DNA from: an uncultured Nitrososphaerota archaeon
Lineage (GTDB): Archaea; Thermoproteota; Nitrososphaeria; Nitrososphaerales; CADDZS01
Assembly (NCBI GenBank): GCA_963799845.1
Contig: CAWCYI010000004.1
Location: 1,664,001 to 1,728,000, forward strand
DNA length: 64,000 nucleotides
Direction: 5' to 3'
The notes under the pieces are model-generated. The model was not told where the DNA came from, did no database searches, and saw nothing but the letters and a program-made list of their open reading frames with translations. Made by a program: the position numbers and the translations under genes. Positions 19,965 to 30,434 of this stretch are shown one piece after another; the stretch's first letter is position 1; each line of letters opens with the position of its first letter.

Positions 19965-21361
19965 GTCCAACCGGCAGAAACCACGTACATCGGCGGAAAG
20001 TCTGTTTTGCTCGTACTTCCATGTTCGACGTCGGTTATCGCACTGTCCAAGATATCGATAGCTTCGTCGATTTGTTCTCTCGCAACGAAATAGTTGGGGT
20101 ACAGCTTGATGACGTTTCCCTTCAAACCGAACCACTCGAATATGAGTCCCTTCTGGACTGATCTCCAGGATATCTCCTTCACCTCTTTTCTCAATGGTTG
20201 CTTTGACTTGCTGTCCTTCACGAATTCTAGTCCAACCATGAGCCCTCTACCTCGTACATCACCTATCCACGGATGCTTATCCTTGAGCTCAAGGCATCTT
20301 CGCAGAAGGTACTCCCCGTTAACCTTGTTCTTCTCGCATAGACCCTGTTCTTCGATCACTTCTACTACTCTGAGAGCAACGGCAGCCCCGAGCGGATAGC
20401 CGTGAAGTGTGCTCGATGTCGCGCCGGGCTCAACGCTTTTCGCGATTTCTTCCTTCATGATCACAGCACTCATAGGAAGCATGCCACCTCCGAGCGTCTT
20501 TCCAAGGATAATCATGTCAGGGTCGATCCGCGGGTTGTGCTCGATCGCAAACATTTTTCCAGTTCTCCCCAGCCCGGTGAAAACCTCGTCATCGATGTAG
20601 AGAATGTCGTTATCCCTGCAAATCTCGTACACCCTCTGTATCCACTCCGGAGGAGGGATAATTATTCCAGCGGGCCCCTGGATTGGCTCCGCAATCAAAC
20701 CAGCGGTGTTCTCTGGCGGAGAGATTGTGCTGAGAATTGTATCCTGGATATAATTTGCACAAGAAGGTCCGCAAGAAGGTCCCTCATGTTTGAACGGACA
20801 CCTGTATGAATACCCGTACGGAACGTGAGTTATTCCCGGGACCAGGTGCGGGTGCTTTCTGAACATCGCCGCGTAGTGCCCTGACATAGCTAGGGCGCCC
20901 AGAGAAAAACCATGATGCCCTCCAATGAAACTGATAAACTGAGCCCTCTGCTTGAATCCTCTAGAAACTCTGAACGCGAAATCAGCGGCCTCGCTTCCGG
21001 TAGAGAGTATAGCCACCATCTTCTTTCCCGAACCGGGCGCGATCGATGTGAGTTTTTCTGCGAATTTTATTACAACCTCGTTCATGCTAGGATAGGATGC
21101 ATGGGCGAGATCTTCGACCCGTTCCTTGACGACCTTGACGAGCTCGGGATTAGCTCCTCCCAGCGACATGCTTCCCGAACCGATTGCAAAATCAAGATAC
21201 TTGTTGCCATCAACATCTTCAATTAGAGCACCGTGAACACTTTTCGTAAATATTGGATAAACCCTGTCGATCGAGGGCTGATGGAATTGCTCGATCTCGC
21301 GCTCAATGAGCTCTCTTGCACGCGGCCCGGGTGGTGAGATTATTATCTTTGACATCGTCAT
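19961..21361 (-). CDS. class III PLP aminotransferase
   Basis: TGSEA, EPIQGPAG, DEVFTGLGRTG, GKTLGGG. Confidence 0.92.
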   Translation of the reverse strand: MTMSKIIISPPGPRARELIEREIEQFHQPSIDRVYPIFTKSVHGALIEDVDGNKYLDFAIGSGSMSLGGANPELVKVVKERVEDLAHASYPSMNEVVIKFAEKLTSIAPGSGKKMVAILSTGSEAADFAFRVSRGFKQRAQFISFIGGHHGFSLGALAMSGHYAAMFRKHPHLVPGITHVPYGYSYRCPFKHEGPSCGPSCANYIQDTILSTISPPENTAGLIAEPIQGPAGIIIPPPEWIQRVYEICRDNDILYIDDEVFTGLGRTGKMFAIEHNPRIDPDMIILGKTLGGGMLPMSAVIMKEEIAKSVEPGATSSTLHGYPLGAAVALRVVEVIEEQGLCEKNKVNGEYLLRRCLELKDKHPWIGDVRGRGLMVGLEFVKDSKSKQPLRKEVKEISWRSVQKGLIFEWFGLKGNVIKLYPNYFVAREQIDEAIDILDSAITDVEHGSTSKTDFPPMYVVSAGWT

Positions 21362-21688
21362 GGATATTTCAGAATCATTCTGACATGATTTTCCCGATTT
21401 AAGAGTTCTGAATCGGGGCAGATGATTTCAGAATCCGAGAACTCTCAGATAAAGCAAATGGAAGTTTTCCTTAACAAAAACAAACAAAAAATAGTTTTTA
21501 CTTACCAATGCGCTGTTCGCGCAATTATCAGATCAGGACACCCGCTAAGAAGGTACTCGTTTTCTTTCATTGAATAATTCCCCGATCTAAACTTTATTAT
21601 TGAACTTCGTAGGCTTCCACAGCTAAGACATGAATCGGAACGGGAAAATTATTACTGAACTTGCAAGATAACTTCGGGAGAGGAATAC

Positions 21689-22699
21689 ATGAAAATACTT
21701 TCGCTTAGCAAGGAAGATATTGTTCCGCTCATCGAAATGAAAGAAGCTCTGGGATTTGCGGAAGAGGCTTACAGACTTCAGCGGTTGGCGAAGAAACGGA
21801 CGATAATATCAAATTTCTCCCCTCTGGTGGCGTACGAAGTAAGGACCCCTTCAGGCCCTTCTGGGTTCTTTGACTTTCGCTCTGGGTATGTTCAAGAAAT
21901 CCCGATTCTGATAAGCACACTTGGATTCGGGTATCCTGAAAATAAGGTAAGGCGCGGTCTCCCAAGTGTATTCGCTTACTCGCTGCTGTCTGACGTTGAA
22001 ACAGGAGCTCCTCTCGCCATCATGGAAGCGGATCATCTGGCAAGTATGAGAACCGGTGCTGCCGGCGCGATAGCCTCCAAATATCTCGCAAGAGAGGAGA
22101 CTCGATCAATCGCGTTCATCGGGGCCGGGCATTTGGCAAGCAACATGCTTGAGGCTCACATCAAGTTTGGATTCCCGATTGAGAGCGTAAGGGTTTGGAG
22201 TAGATCTGCCTCCAACCGAGAAGAGTTTGCAAAGAAAGCATCAGAAAACTATCGGATCCTCTCTGTCCCCTCGGAATCTCCTGCAGATGCTGTAAAAGGG
22301 GCGGACATAGTTTGTTGTTGTAGTCCCTCGCTGCAGCCGCGTGTGATGTTTGATGATCTAAAACCAGGTGCGCACATCAACGCGTTCGGCGCTGATTCGC
22401 CCGGGAAACAAGAGGTCGAAACCAAAGTACTAACGCGGAGCAAAATTGTCGTGGACAGTTTGGAGCAATGTTCAGTCGGGGGAGAAATACACAAGGCATT
22501 ACAATCAGGAGCCATAACCGCGAAAAACATCTACGCTGAAATCGGCGAAATAGTACTTGGAGAAAAACCTGGTAGAACCAGCGCAGAAGAAATGACTTTG
22601 ATGGATGCCACCGGACTCGCACTTCAGGATATCGTCATATTTTATCACGCTTACCGGACAGCCCTGGAGAAAGGAATCGGGAACTGGATTCAGCTTTGA
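21689..22699 (+). CDS. ornithine cyclodeaminase / mu-crystallin / archaeal alanine dehydrogenase family
   Basis: MRTGAAGA, IGAG, HINAFGAD..GKQE, DATGLALQD. Confidence 0.9.
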   Translation: MKILSLSKEDIVPLIEMKEALGFAEEAYRLQRLAKKRTIISNFSPLVAYEVRTPSGPSGFFDFRSGYVQEIPILISTLGFGYPENKVRRGLPSVFAYSLLSDVETGAPLAIMEADHLASMRTGAAGAIASKYLAREETRSIAFIGAGHLASNMLEAHIKFGFPIESVRVWSRSASNREEFAKKASENYRILSVPSESPADAVKGADIVCCCSPSLQPRVMFDDLKPGAHINAFGADSPGKQEVETKVLTRSKIVVDSLEQCSVGGEIHKALQSGAITAKNIYAEIGEIVLGEKPGRTSAEEMTLMDATGLALQDIVIFYHAYRTALEKGIGNWIQL

Positions 22700-22782
22700 G
22701 TCTATTGTTATAGAATCGGATTCTCAGGTCATTCATTGAGAATTTTATTAATCCTTATTGTGGAATTTGATAGATTCACGAT

Positions 22783-23964
22783 ATGGAAAAGGTAAGAGTA
22801 GGAATAGTGGGTGCGGGTTACGCTGCCAAGTTCCACCTCGAGTCTTACAAGAGAGTATTTGGGTACCCGTGGAAGTTGCCGGAATAACGTCTCCGACGAG
22901 AGCTAGGAGAGAAAAGCTGAGCTTCCGACTACGGACTGAAAGAGTTCGATTCGCTCCATGAGATGATTGACAAAGTCGACTTGGTCGACATTTGCGCACC
23001 CGGTTTCGCTCACGAGAAAGTCGCAGTCGAAGCGCTCGAAGCTGGTTGTCACGTAGTAATAGAAAAACCGTTCACAGGTTACTACGGAGATGGCTCCCTA
23101 AGCTTTCACGGGGATAAATCACCAAAGAAAATGATGCTGAAGGAAGCCATTGCCAGCGCAACAAGGATAGTGACTGCTGCCGAGATGGCAGACAGGAAGA
23201 TCATGTACGCGGAAAATTGGGTGTACTCTCCTTCGATACAGAAGGAAGCCGAGATACTGCGGGCTACTTCGGGCCAAATTCTATGGATGATTGGCGACGA
23301 GTCGCACAGCGGCTCTCATTCGGAGAGCTATGGACGGTGGTCAAAGTCCGGAGGAGGCTCACTCGTTGGAAAGGCATGCCACCCACTTAGCGCAATGCTC
23401 TACCTCAAGAGACAGGAGGGACTCTGGCGATATGGAACGCCCATCTTCGCGCAATCCGTAAGCGCGAACGTTCATGAGATCACAAGACTCCCGACATTTC
23501 GCGATGAAGGATACTTGCGAACAAATTACCAAGATGTGGAAGACTATGCGCAGCTCCACGTTACTTTTTCCGACGGGACGGTCGCGGATGTCTTCGCCTC
23601 AGAGCTGGTCCTAGGCGGAGTTAATTCCTGGATGGAGATATGCGCAAACAATCACAGAACCAGATGCGTGATTAATCCAGTTGAAGCATTGAAAACTTAC
23701 AATCCGAAAGAAGAGCTACTTCAGAACGTTTATGTTACAGAAAAAATTGGGACGAAGCAAGGCTGGAATAATCCAACGCTGGACGATAACTGGTTGAATG
23801 GATACTACCAAGAGATACAGGACTTTGTCGAGTGTGTATGTTACGATCGCGATCCCCTTTCTGATGGTGAGTTAGGAAGAGAATCTGTCAATATCATGTA
23901 CTCTGCTTACCTTTCGGCCGAATCTCAAGGTCTGAAAGTAGATCTCTCAAGATACTTTCCGTAA
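22783..23964 (+). CDS. Gfo/Idh/MocA oxidoreductase; two compensating indels in the 5' part
   Basis: MEKVRVGIVGAG Rossmann start at 22783, in frame with ORF 22963; EKP motif. Confidence 0.85.
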
Positions 23965-24061
23965 TCACACTACAAGACACAAAAATCTGATCATGTTAAG
24001 CTGATCACGCTATTTGCTTCATGAAAGAAGAAAAAAATACGACTCTACGTATTATTAAAAC

Positions 24062-25756
24062 ATGAATCCCGAAACTATGCTTAAATATTCCCGTATGGAA
24101 GCAGACGCGGAGTTCTACTTGAGCGCACCTCCTAAGGAAGGACAGACGACAACAAATCAACCTTCTCAGATCTTTATTCGAAACGCTACCGGATTGACTC
24201 GTCAACTTTCTGCTAAGGACGTGTTGATGTTCAATCTGCTCAACATGGGTCTAGCTTGGCCTTTACTCTACATTTTCTTCGCAGGAGCAGCCTATCAGGG
24301 TATCAACACTCCCATTACGGTCTTGATTGGACTCCCTGGCAATTTGATTATCGCTCTGCTATTCTATTATCTCACAACGGCTTTTCCTAGAACAGGTGGT
24401 GACTATGTTTGGGTCAGTAGACTTGTTCATCCCGCAATTGGTTTTATGGAAAGTTTCGCCGTGGTTGTTTTCTTCCTGGGCTTTATCGGCCCCGTATCGG
24501 GATGGTTTATGACCTATGGGCTTGCTGGGATTCTCAATAATTTAGGCGTAGCGACAAAAAATACCAGCTATCTTTCTCTCGCGACGTCTCTGGCGAGTTC
24601 AAATTCGATATTGATAGGGAGTCTAGCGGTCCTCGCTGCAATCGTATTGGCTGCGGTGTTTGGCACCAAAGCAAGTTTCAGATACCAGTGGGGCACGTTC
24701 ATCCTGATGTTTGTTGGCATTGTGACCTTCTTAGTGGTTGTTGGGACTACTTCACCAGCGACGTTTCAATCAAATCTCCAATCACTCTCTAGTACAAGTT
24801 ATGGTGCAATCATCCAGGCGGCGAGTAAGTCAAATTTCGTTACTGTTTTCACCTTCGGGGGGACAATCATAGGCTCATTCTACAGTTTTCTCAATTATCT
24901 CGGGTACTACCTTTCGGCTTACGTCGGGGGCGAAGTAAAACAGGCCAATAGGTCCCAGTTCATAGGTATAATTGGCTCGACACTTATTTTCGCTGTCATC
25001 GCGTTCTTCATGTTCTTCGTTCCGTTCCACACTATGGGCGGACAATTCATCAATTCAGCTTCACTGTTAGCGAGCAACACAAACTCAACGATATCTTCGC
25101 AATACACCCTTCCAATGGCCCCGGTAACTTCGTTTCTCGCAATCTTTGCTAGTCCCAATCCAGTAGTCGGGATTCTTATTCCACTCGCTATCATCGGATC
25201 AGTATTTGGCTCTCTAGAGACAATCGTGTTTTCGTGCGTCAGGATAATTTTTGCTTGGAGTTTCGATGGAGTCGTCCCGACAAAGTTCGCGGATGTGGAC
25301 ACCAGAAGGGGCTCACCCAATTATGCCCTCGGCCTAGTCGCCGTCGTCGGACTGGTGTATGTGTTACTTTCTGTCTACGCTGCGAATTCGCTGACCTTCC
25401 TCGCATACTCGACTTCCGGGTTGTTTCTCGCGATAGCCTTCGTCGGGGTGGCCGGTATCATGCTGCCGTGGAAGCACAAAGATTTGTTCAAACTCGCTCC
25501 GGCCAACGTCCAGCGAAGAATAGGAGGCGTTCCGGTTATCGCCCTGCTCGGACTCGGGACTATCATAGTGGGTGTTTTCGTCGCCTATACTGCGGTTAGT
25601 CCTGTCTTCACGGGCGCCGCTGTAAATCCCTACTATCTGCTGGGCTTGGCAATGGTCTTCATTGTTGGTTTGATCATATACGCGATCGCATACTACTACA
25701 ATAAGAGCAAGGGATTCAACCTAGCCCTGAGGTTCGCAGAAGTCCCGCCGGAGTAG
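24062..25756 (+). CDS. APC family amino acid permease
   Basis: FIRNATGLTR, PRTGGDYV, FAWSFD, C-terminal EVPPE. Confidence 0.9.
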   Translation: MNPETMLKYSRMEADAEFYLSAPPKEGQTTTNQPSQIFIRNATGLTRQLSAKDVLMFNLLNMGLAWPLLYIFFAGAAYQGINTPITVLIGLPGNLIIALLFYYLTTAFPRTGGDYVWVSRLVHPAIGFMESFAVVVFFLGFIGPVSGWFMTYGLAGILNNLGVATKNTSYLSLATSLASSNSILIGSLAVLAAIVLAAVFGTKASFRYQWGTFILMFVGIVTFLVVVGTTSPATFQSNLQSLSSTSYGAIIQAASKSNFVTVFTFGGTIIGSFYSFLNYLGYYLSAYVGGEVKQANRSQFIGIIGSTLIFAVIAFFMFFVPFHTMGGQFINSASLLASNTNSTISSQYTLPMAPVTSFLAIFASPNPVVGILIPLAIIGSVFGSLETIVFSCVRIIFAWSFDGVVPTKFADVDTRRGSPNYALGLVAVVGLVYVLLSVYAANSLTFLAYSTSGLFLAIAFVGVAGIMLPWKHKDLFKLAPANVQRRIGGVPVIALLGLGTIIVGVFVAYTAVSPVFTGAAVNPYYLLGLAMVFIVGLIIYAIAYYYNKSKGFNLALRFAEVPPE

Positions 25757-25767
25757 CTTAATGTGAA

Positions 25768-27051
25768 CTATGATCCTTCCAGGATCATGCGCCGATCCCA
25801 CTCAGCCCTAACTGACTGGGGTCGATAGTTTTCCAGATTCGATGGAGGAAATTTTAGTTTCCTCCCGCTTTCTGCAGACATATAACATGCCATGATGAGC
25901 TCCAAGCAAGATATCCCATCCCTCCATGTCTCAGACGGCTGTTTTCCTTCAATGAACCTTTGCACCATATGTATATCTTCTGCCATGTACCCATAAGTAG
26001 ACGGTTCATCGGCGATTGTGGGCATCAATCCCTGTTCCGCTTCCTGTTTTTCTACTAGGAACTCGCCCGGTTGTTGTCTTGTATTTCTGCTAAAGAAAAT
26101 ATTGAGATCCGGCTGAAGAGTGTTTATGGACATGGAATTCTCAGGACCGATCAGCTCAAACAGAAGACGGAGTCCGGGCCCCGTGTAACAGTAAAGGGAA
26201 GTACTTTCAGCAATCGCGATGCTACCGTCAATAGCTTCGTAAGCGACAGTTGCCCGAGCATAATCTTCCGCGGGAGCCGTGGAATAATCGATTTCGCCAT
26301 GAGTCATTTCTTTCAGCTTCTGGATGTAACGCGGCCGTGTCCATTTCAGAGAGGCGATTTCAGCAGAGACGGAGCATAATTTCAAATCGGCTCTTTGCTC
26401 ATTTGGAGATGTCAGGAGAAACCTAGAAGATTCTAGGCAGTGGCACATCATCTCGATCAAGACGCCGCCACCTGCAAGGGACGGGTTCCAAAACCAGGGA
26501 GAATGTGGACCTCCATGCTCTTCGGATGCCCTGGCAAGATAGGGCCTGCCGGCATTTTTCGAGGCACTCCAGACAATTTCTTTACCTTTTGTGACTGACG
26601 GCGCGTACACTTGGTTTTCCAAATAGCCGTGCAAAAGCCCGGCCTTTTCTGCAAGGGATATCATTTCGTTTGCTTCGTTGATCGTGCGAGCAAGAGGTTT
26701 TTCACAAGTGATTGCCTTGAGATGAGTCCTTCCCTGAAGTTTTTCTTCGGAAATCATTTTCACAACTGGAAGCTTCGCGTAAGTCGGAACACCCACCCAT
26801 GCAACATCCACACCCGGATTCCTGACTGTCTCCTGAACATCAGTGTAAACCTTCGGAGTCCCTAGGCCCAGTGTTTGACAATATTCTGCCAGCACTCTTC
26901 CAGTTTCTTCCCTCGTACTACAGATGGCTACAATATCCGCATCCCGAACACCAGTCCATCCCCTCGCATGAAACTTGTTTGCCAGGCCCGCTCCAATCAA
27001 TGCCACGCCAAGTCTTGATTTTCCCTTGGTGCTCTCACGAGTTTTTAACAT
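25768..27051 (-). CDS. Gfo/Idh/MocA oxidoreductase
   Basis: IGAG, CEKPLAR, GGGVLIEMMCH. Confidence 0.9.
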   Translation of the reverse strand: MLKTRESTKGKSRLGVALIGAGLANKFHARGWTGVRDADIVAICSTREETGRVLAEYCQTLGLGTPKVYTDVQETVRNPGVDVAWVGVPTYAKLPVVKMISEEKLQGRTHLKAITCEKPLARTINEANEMISLAEKAGLLHGYLENQVYAPSVTKGKEIVWSASKNAGRPYLARASEEHGGPHSPWFWNPSLAGGGVLIEMMCHCLESSRFLLTSPNEQRADLKLCSVSAEIASLKWTRPRYIQKLKEMTHGEIDYSTAPAEDYARATVAYEAIDGSIAIAESTSLYCYTGPGLRLLFELIGPENSMSINTLQPDLNIFFSRNTRQQPGEFLVEKQEAEQGLMPTIADEPSTYGYMAEDIHMVQRFIEGKQPSETWRDGISCLELIMACYMSAESGRKLKFPPSNLENYRPQSVRAEWDRRMILEGS

Positions 27052-27118
27052 ATTTTATTTGAAGCTCCTACTGGATTGGAATCTAAATCAATTCCTGCAC
27101 ATTCGGCGCTCAAATAGT

Positions 27119-27424
27119 CTACAGTGGTTCAAAGTTGAGAATTGGGCGCTCAAATCGCACTCCCTCCTTGATGAATTCCTGCGCGAGATCTTGCATCGGC
27201 TGAAAATGTTCCATTTGATTGGCTGCCCCCACTGAATCCCCAGTGACTTACGTTGACCATTGCGCAATTTTCCGCGTCAATACCAGCAAAGAAACCTCGA
27301 TGCCGGCCATCAACCTTATGCCCGGTGCCAGTTTTTCGTAAGTACCTTCCAGCGCTAATTTTACAGACACGGTTTTATTGGGATCAAATCTCCCGATTGA
27401 GATTCGAATGACATCGTCTTTCAT
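27119..27424 (-). pseudogene. ABM / dimeric alpha-beta barrel-like small protein, frameshifted
   Basis: Reconstructed VIRISIGRFDP...FFAGID...MVNVSHWDS...QMEHFQPMQDL...FERPILNFEPL. Confidence 0.5.
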
Positions 27425-27592
27425 GATCAATTTTGGTTTGTGATCCACGAAATTATTTAACACTATAATTAGCTGAGCTTAATCTCTTTCAAAAGAGATC
27501 GAAGATCAGTGCGGCTTACCGTCACAAAAGCAGAAGTACAGCTTCAAGTTCGAGCAAAATGAATTTTGATATCGATTCAGAAATTATTTCTT

Positions 27593-28132
27593 TCATCGGC
27601 TTCCCGTAGCCTTGAGCTTGAACTCGCAAAAAGGGTCGCCCTTGCACATGCACTTTTCCTCCACGCAGACAAACTCCTTGTTCAGCAAAACTTGGGATGC
27701 GCCAGCCACGATTCCTGCCATCAGATAGCATTCTGCCTTGCCGGTGTTGCCAACCGAAGAGGCGAAAAAACTATCTTCCAATCTGACGGCAGGTTCGCCC
27801 TGAAGCCCAGTCAATACCATCTTGAGAAATGGGGTGTTAAAAACTCCGTAACCATGAGTCTTTCCGAGCTCCATAAAGTTCTTGATAACTTCAAGCTTTG
27901 ACACGCCCATTTTTTTCATATTTTCTCCCATAAGCTCGCCGTAGCCCAGACCCATATCGTAGAGGATCACCGATGCCCCGCTCTGAAACGAAGAGTAGAG
28001 TTTTTTCCGGAGGCCCCTGTAGAATTCTTCGTCGATTATCATCACGCGGAGTTTCAGGAATTGATCTTCGATCCGCCCGGATTTTGAATTCTTACGAACG
28101 AAAGAAATTTTTTCATCATCCATGATTTCCAA
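27593..28132 (-). CDS. V4R (4-vinyl reductase) domain protein
   Basis: LYDMG..YG, GYG, C...AG...G, EEKCMCKGDPFCEF. Confidence 0.88.
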   Translation of the reverse strand: MEIMDDEKISFVRKNSKSGRIEDQFLKLRVMIIDEEFYRGLRKKLYSSFQSGASVILYDMGLGYGELMGENMKKMGVSKLEVIKNFMELGKTHGYGVFNTPFLKMVLTGLQGEPAVRLEDSFFASSVGNTGKAECYLMAGIVAGASQVLLNKEFVCVEEKCMCKGDPFCEFKLKATGSR

Positions 28133-28259
28133 ACGCGATACTACCTACCCTCCCAAAATTGATAACTCGAAACAGAAAAGTGAATATGCTGTACTGATTT
28201 TTAATAAAGTGCTTTCCGAGTCGGAATCAGTACCTGAAATCCTGAATTTTCTTTTTTCG

Positions 28260-28544
28260 CTACAAAGGGCCCGGGCGATAGGCTTGAGAGTGGGTTCCTA
28301 CAGAGAGAAAAGTTATCGACCTTTTTGACTCTCTGAATATCAGCAGAAGGTTCGTTCTGACCCTATGGCTCCAATTGCAAAAATAACTTACCCGCTCTAA
28401 ATGATGCGCGAAGGCAGATGGTTCATCCGCGACGCATATTTTCCTGATCGAATCCTCTACAAGACGTCTTTGTCCATAAGTTAGTTCTTTGTATTTTCTC
28501 ACAAATTCATCTGTGTATCTTATCAGCCTGATTCCGGCTGGCAA
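28260..28544 (-). CDS. RelE/YafQ-like toxin
   Basis: YTDEF.RKYK.L, LLLIF, SVGTHSQAY C-terminal motif. Confidence 0.75.
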   Translation of the reverse strand: MPAGIRLIRYTDEFVRKYKELTYGQRRLVEDSIRKICVADEPSAFAHHLERVSYFCNWSHRVRTNLLLIFRESKRSITFLSVGTHSQAYRPGPL

Positions 28545-28555
28545 TCAGATCTATC

Positions 28556-28933
28556 TCATTTTGTTGTTTCGCTGGCCAACTTTCTCGGGAAATCGATCGG
28601 GTCGGTACGTTTGGGAACTGTCTTCGTCCTTCCCCTTTTCTTGGCATCTTCGAGGCCTCTGGTTATACTCTGTTCAAACTGTCTGTCGAGCATCAAGAAG
28701 ACGTTTGTTAGTATCTGGTCCTTTGGCTGACCTTCTTTCGAGGCCCTGGAAACGTAGTCGATAACCTCAAGCAACGTGGATGCAGATATCTCCTCTGGCG
28801 GCACAAGTGAACGTTTCAACGCATCCTCAACCACAATGCTGAGAGAACCTCTCCTGCTTCCGTACTTGTCTTTGACTATCTTTCTTATCTCCCTCACGAG
28901 CTCGTCGTCAAGGTGAACCAGGATCTGAGGCAT
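28556..28933 (-). CDS. RHH/CopG-type antitoxin
   Basis: QILVHLDDEL...SLSIVVEDAL RHH, GLEDAKKRGR; directly upstream of the toxin. Confidence 0.7.
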   Translation of the reverse strand: MPQILVHLDDELVREIRKIVKDKYGSRRGSLSIVVEDALKRSLVPPEEISASTLLEVIDYVSRASKEGQPKDQILTNVFLMLDRQFEQSITRGLEDAKKRGRTKTVPKRTDPIDFPRKLASETTK

Positions 28934-29055
28934 ATCTTAGAATATCATTGAATATCGTGACTATTAGGTTTTCGGATTTCCGACCACGGAACATTGTTAC
29001 CTATTTTCGTACATTCTCACGAGCAATACCAATTCGAGGATGCGCGCGTATTCGC

Positions 29056-29635
29056 TCATGCGGGTCTAATTTCCATTTCGATGACGCCGCCTGAAGATGT
29101 TCTGGACTGCCTATTGGAAGTGTAGCAAGAAAATAGACCGTCAAAGTATTTGCCCATGCAGACGGTCATCTCAATTGATATTCCAGAAACGTATCTCATA
29201 ACATAACTCTTCCCCTGACTGATCTACTTTTAGATCCATTTCAAATAATCGAGCCGGGAGGGACGACCTGAATAAATTGATCAGGTTCCAGACTTGATCC
29301 AGGTCCTTGAATTTCATTTTTATGTAAGATCCAAAAAGTACTCCGCATTCAAAGAAAATCTGGAGAATAGTTTCGCTGTCCTTTGAGTAAAATGTCTTGA
29401 CCATTGAGTCTATGAGGCCCCTGTTCAAGAGAGGCATCCCATCCACCTCCTTTGACATCCTGGTTTGAAGCCAGAAAGGATAAATTTCGTCGACGCTTCC
29501 GCCATCGCGAAATATCTTCAAAACAGTATCAAGGCATTCGTTAGAGAAAGAGTACAATGTCTTATTTGCTCGCATTGCTACATCAGCGAGCTGTTCTGCG
29601 GTTCTATCGTCTACAGCAATGTTTGTCCTTGCCAA
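29056..29635 (-). CDS. RHH-like plus V4R/HNOX-like protein, copy 1; +1 frameshift near 29213
   Basis: Paralog of 29804-30382; removing one G from a GGGG run restores a 579-nt frame ending ...GVIEMEIRPA. Confidence 0.75.
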
Positions 29636-29803
29636 ACCAGAGGCGGTGACTCATGATCTGACTCATAAGCTTTGACCGGTGACTCAGACCTCGCCACCGC
29701 CGTGTAATTAATACAAAAATATTTTTCTTTCCAGATTACAAATTGCTTGGCCCATGCTGAGATTGAAAGAGCTCGACCTTTGTTATTGACAATAATCCCT
29801 GCT

Positions 29804-30382
29804 TTACACGGTTACAATTTCCATTTCGACAACGCCGGTCGATGACGTCCTGGATTGTATTTCAGGCGTATAACAGGAGAATACACCCTCGAGATATTTG
29901 CCCATACAAATTGTCATCTCGTTTGATATTCCTGAAACGTACCTGAAAATGTATTTCCTGCCGGATTCAACTTCAATTCGATCAATTTCAAAGACTCGAG
30001 CCGGAATGGATAACTTGAATAATTTTATCAAGTTCATGACTTCATCCAAATTCTTAGCGCGCAACTTCACGTAAGATCCCAAAAAGACTCCATACTCAAA
30101 GAATGTCTTTAGGAGAGTGTCACTATTCGATTGGTAGAATGTCTTAACGAACGAATCGAGCAACCCTCTGGGTACCCAAGGCATCCCATCCACTTCTTTC
30201 GACATCTTGGTCTGAAGCCAGAAGGGATAAATTTCATCCACACTTCCATGTTCTTGGGATATCTTCAAGGCAGCTTCGAGACACTCGTTAGAGAAAGAGT
30301 ACAGCGTCTTATTTGCTCGAGCAGCTTCATCTGACAGCATGGTTGCAATCTTATCATCCACAGCGATGTTCGTCCTTGCCAA
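29804..30382 (-). CDS. RHH-like plus V4R/HNOX-like protein, copy 2
   Basis: MARTNIAVDD...ANKTLYSFSNECL N-terminus; FEYGVFLG and GKYLEGVF C-terminal domain. Confidence 0.75.
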   Translation of the reverse strand: MARTNIAVDDKIATMLSDEAARANKTLYSFSNECLEAALKISQEHGSVDEIYPFWLQTKMSKEVDGMPWVPRGLLDSFVKTFYQSNSDTLLKTFFEYGVFLGSYVKLRAKNLDEVMNLIKLFKLSIPARVFEIDRIEVESGRKYIFRYVSGISNEMTICMGKYLEGVFSCYTPEIQSRTSSTGVVEMEIVTV

Positions 30383-30434
30383 TTCACAAGCTGTGGCACA
30401 TCGTCCAGCTCATAAGCTTTTGAGGGCGAACTAG

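Noticed and set aside
20759-20783. Short tandem duplication encoding GPSCGPSC
   Set aside because: It is in frame within a variable loop of the aminotransferase and has no wider pattern.
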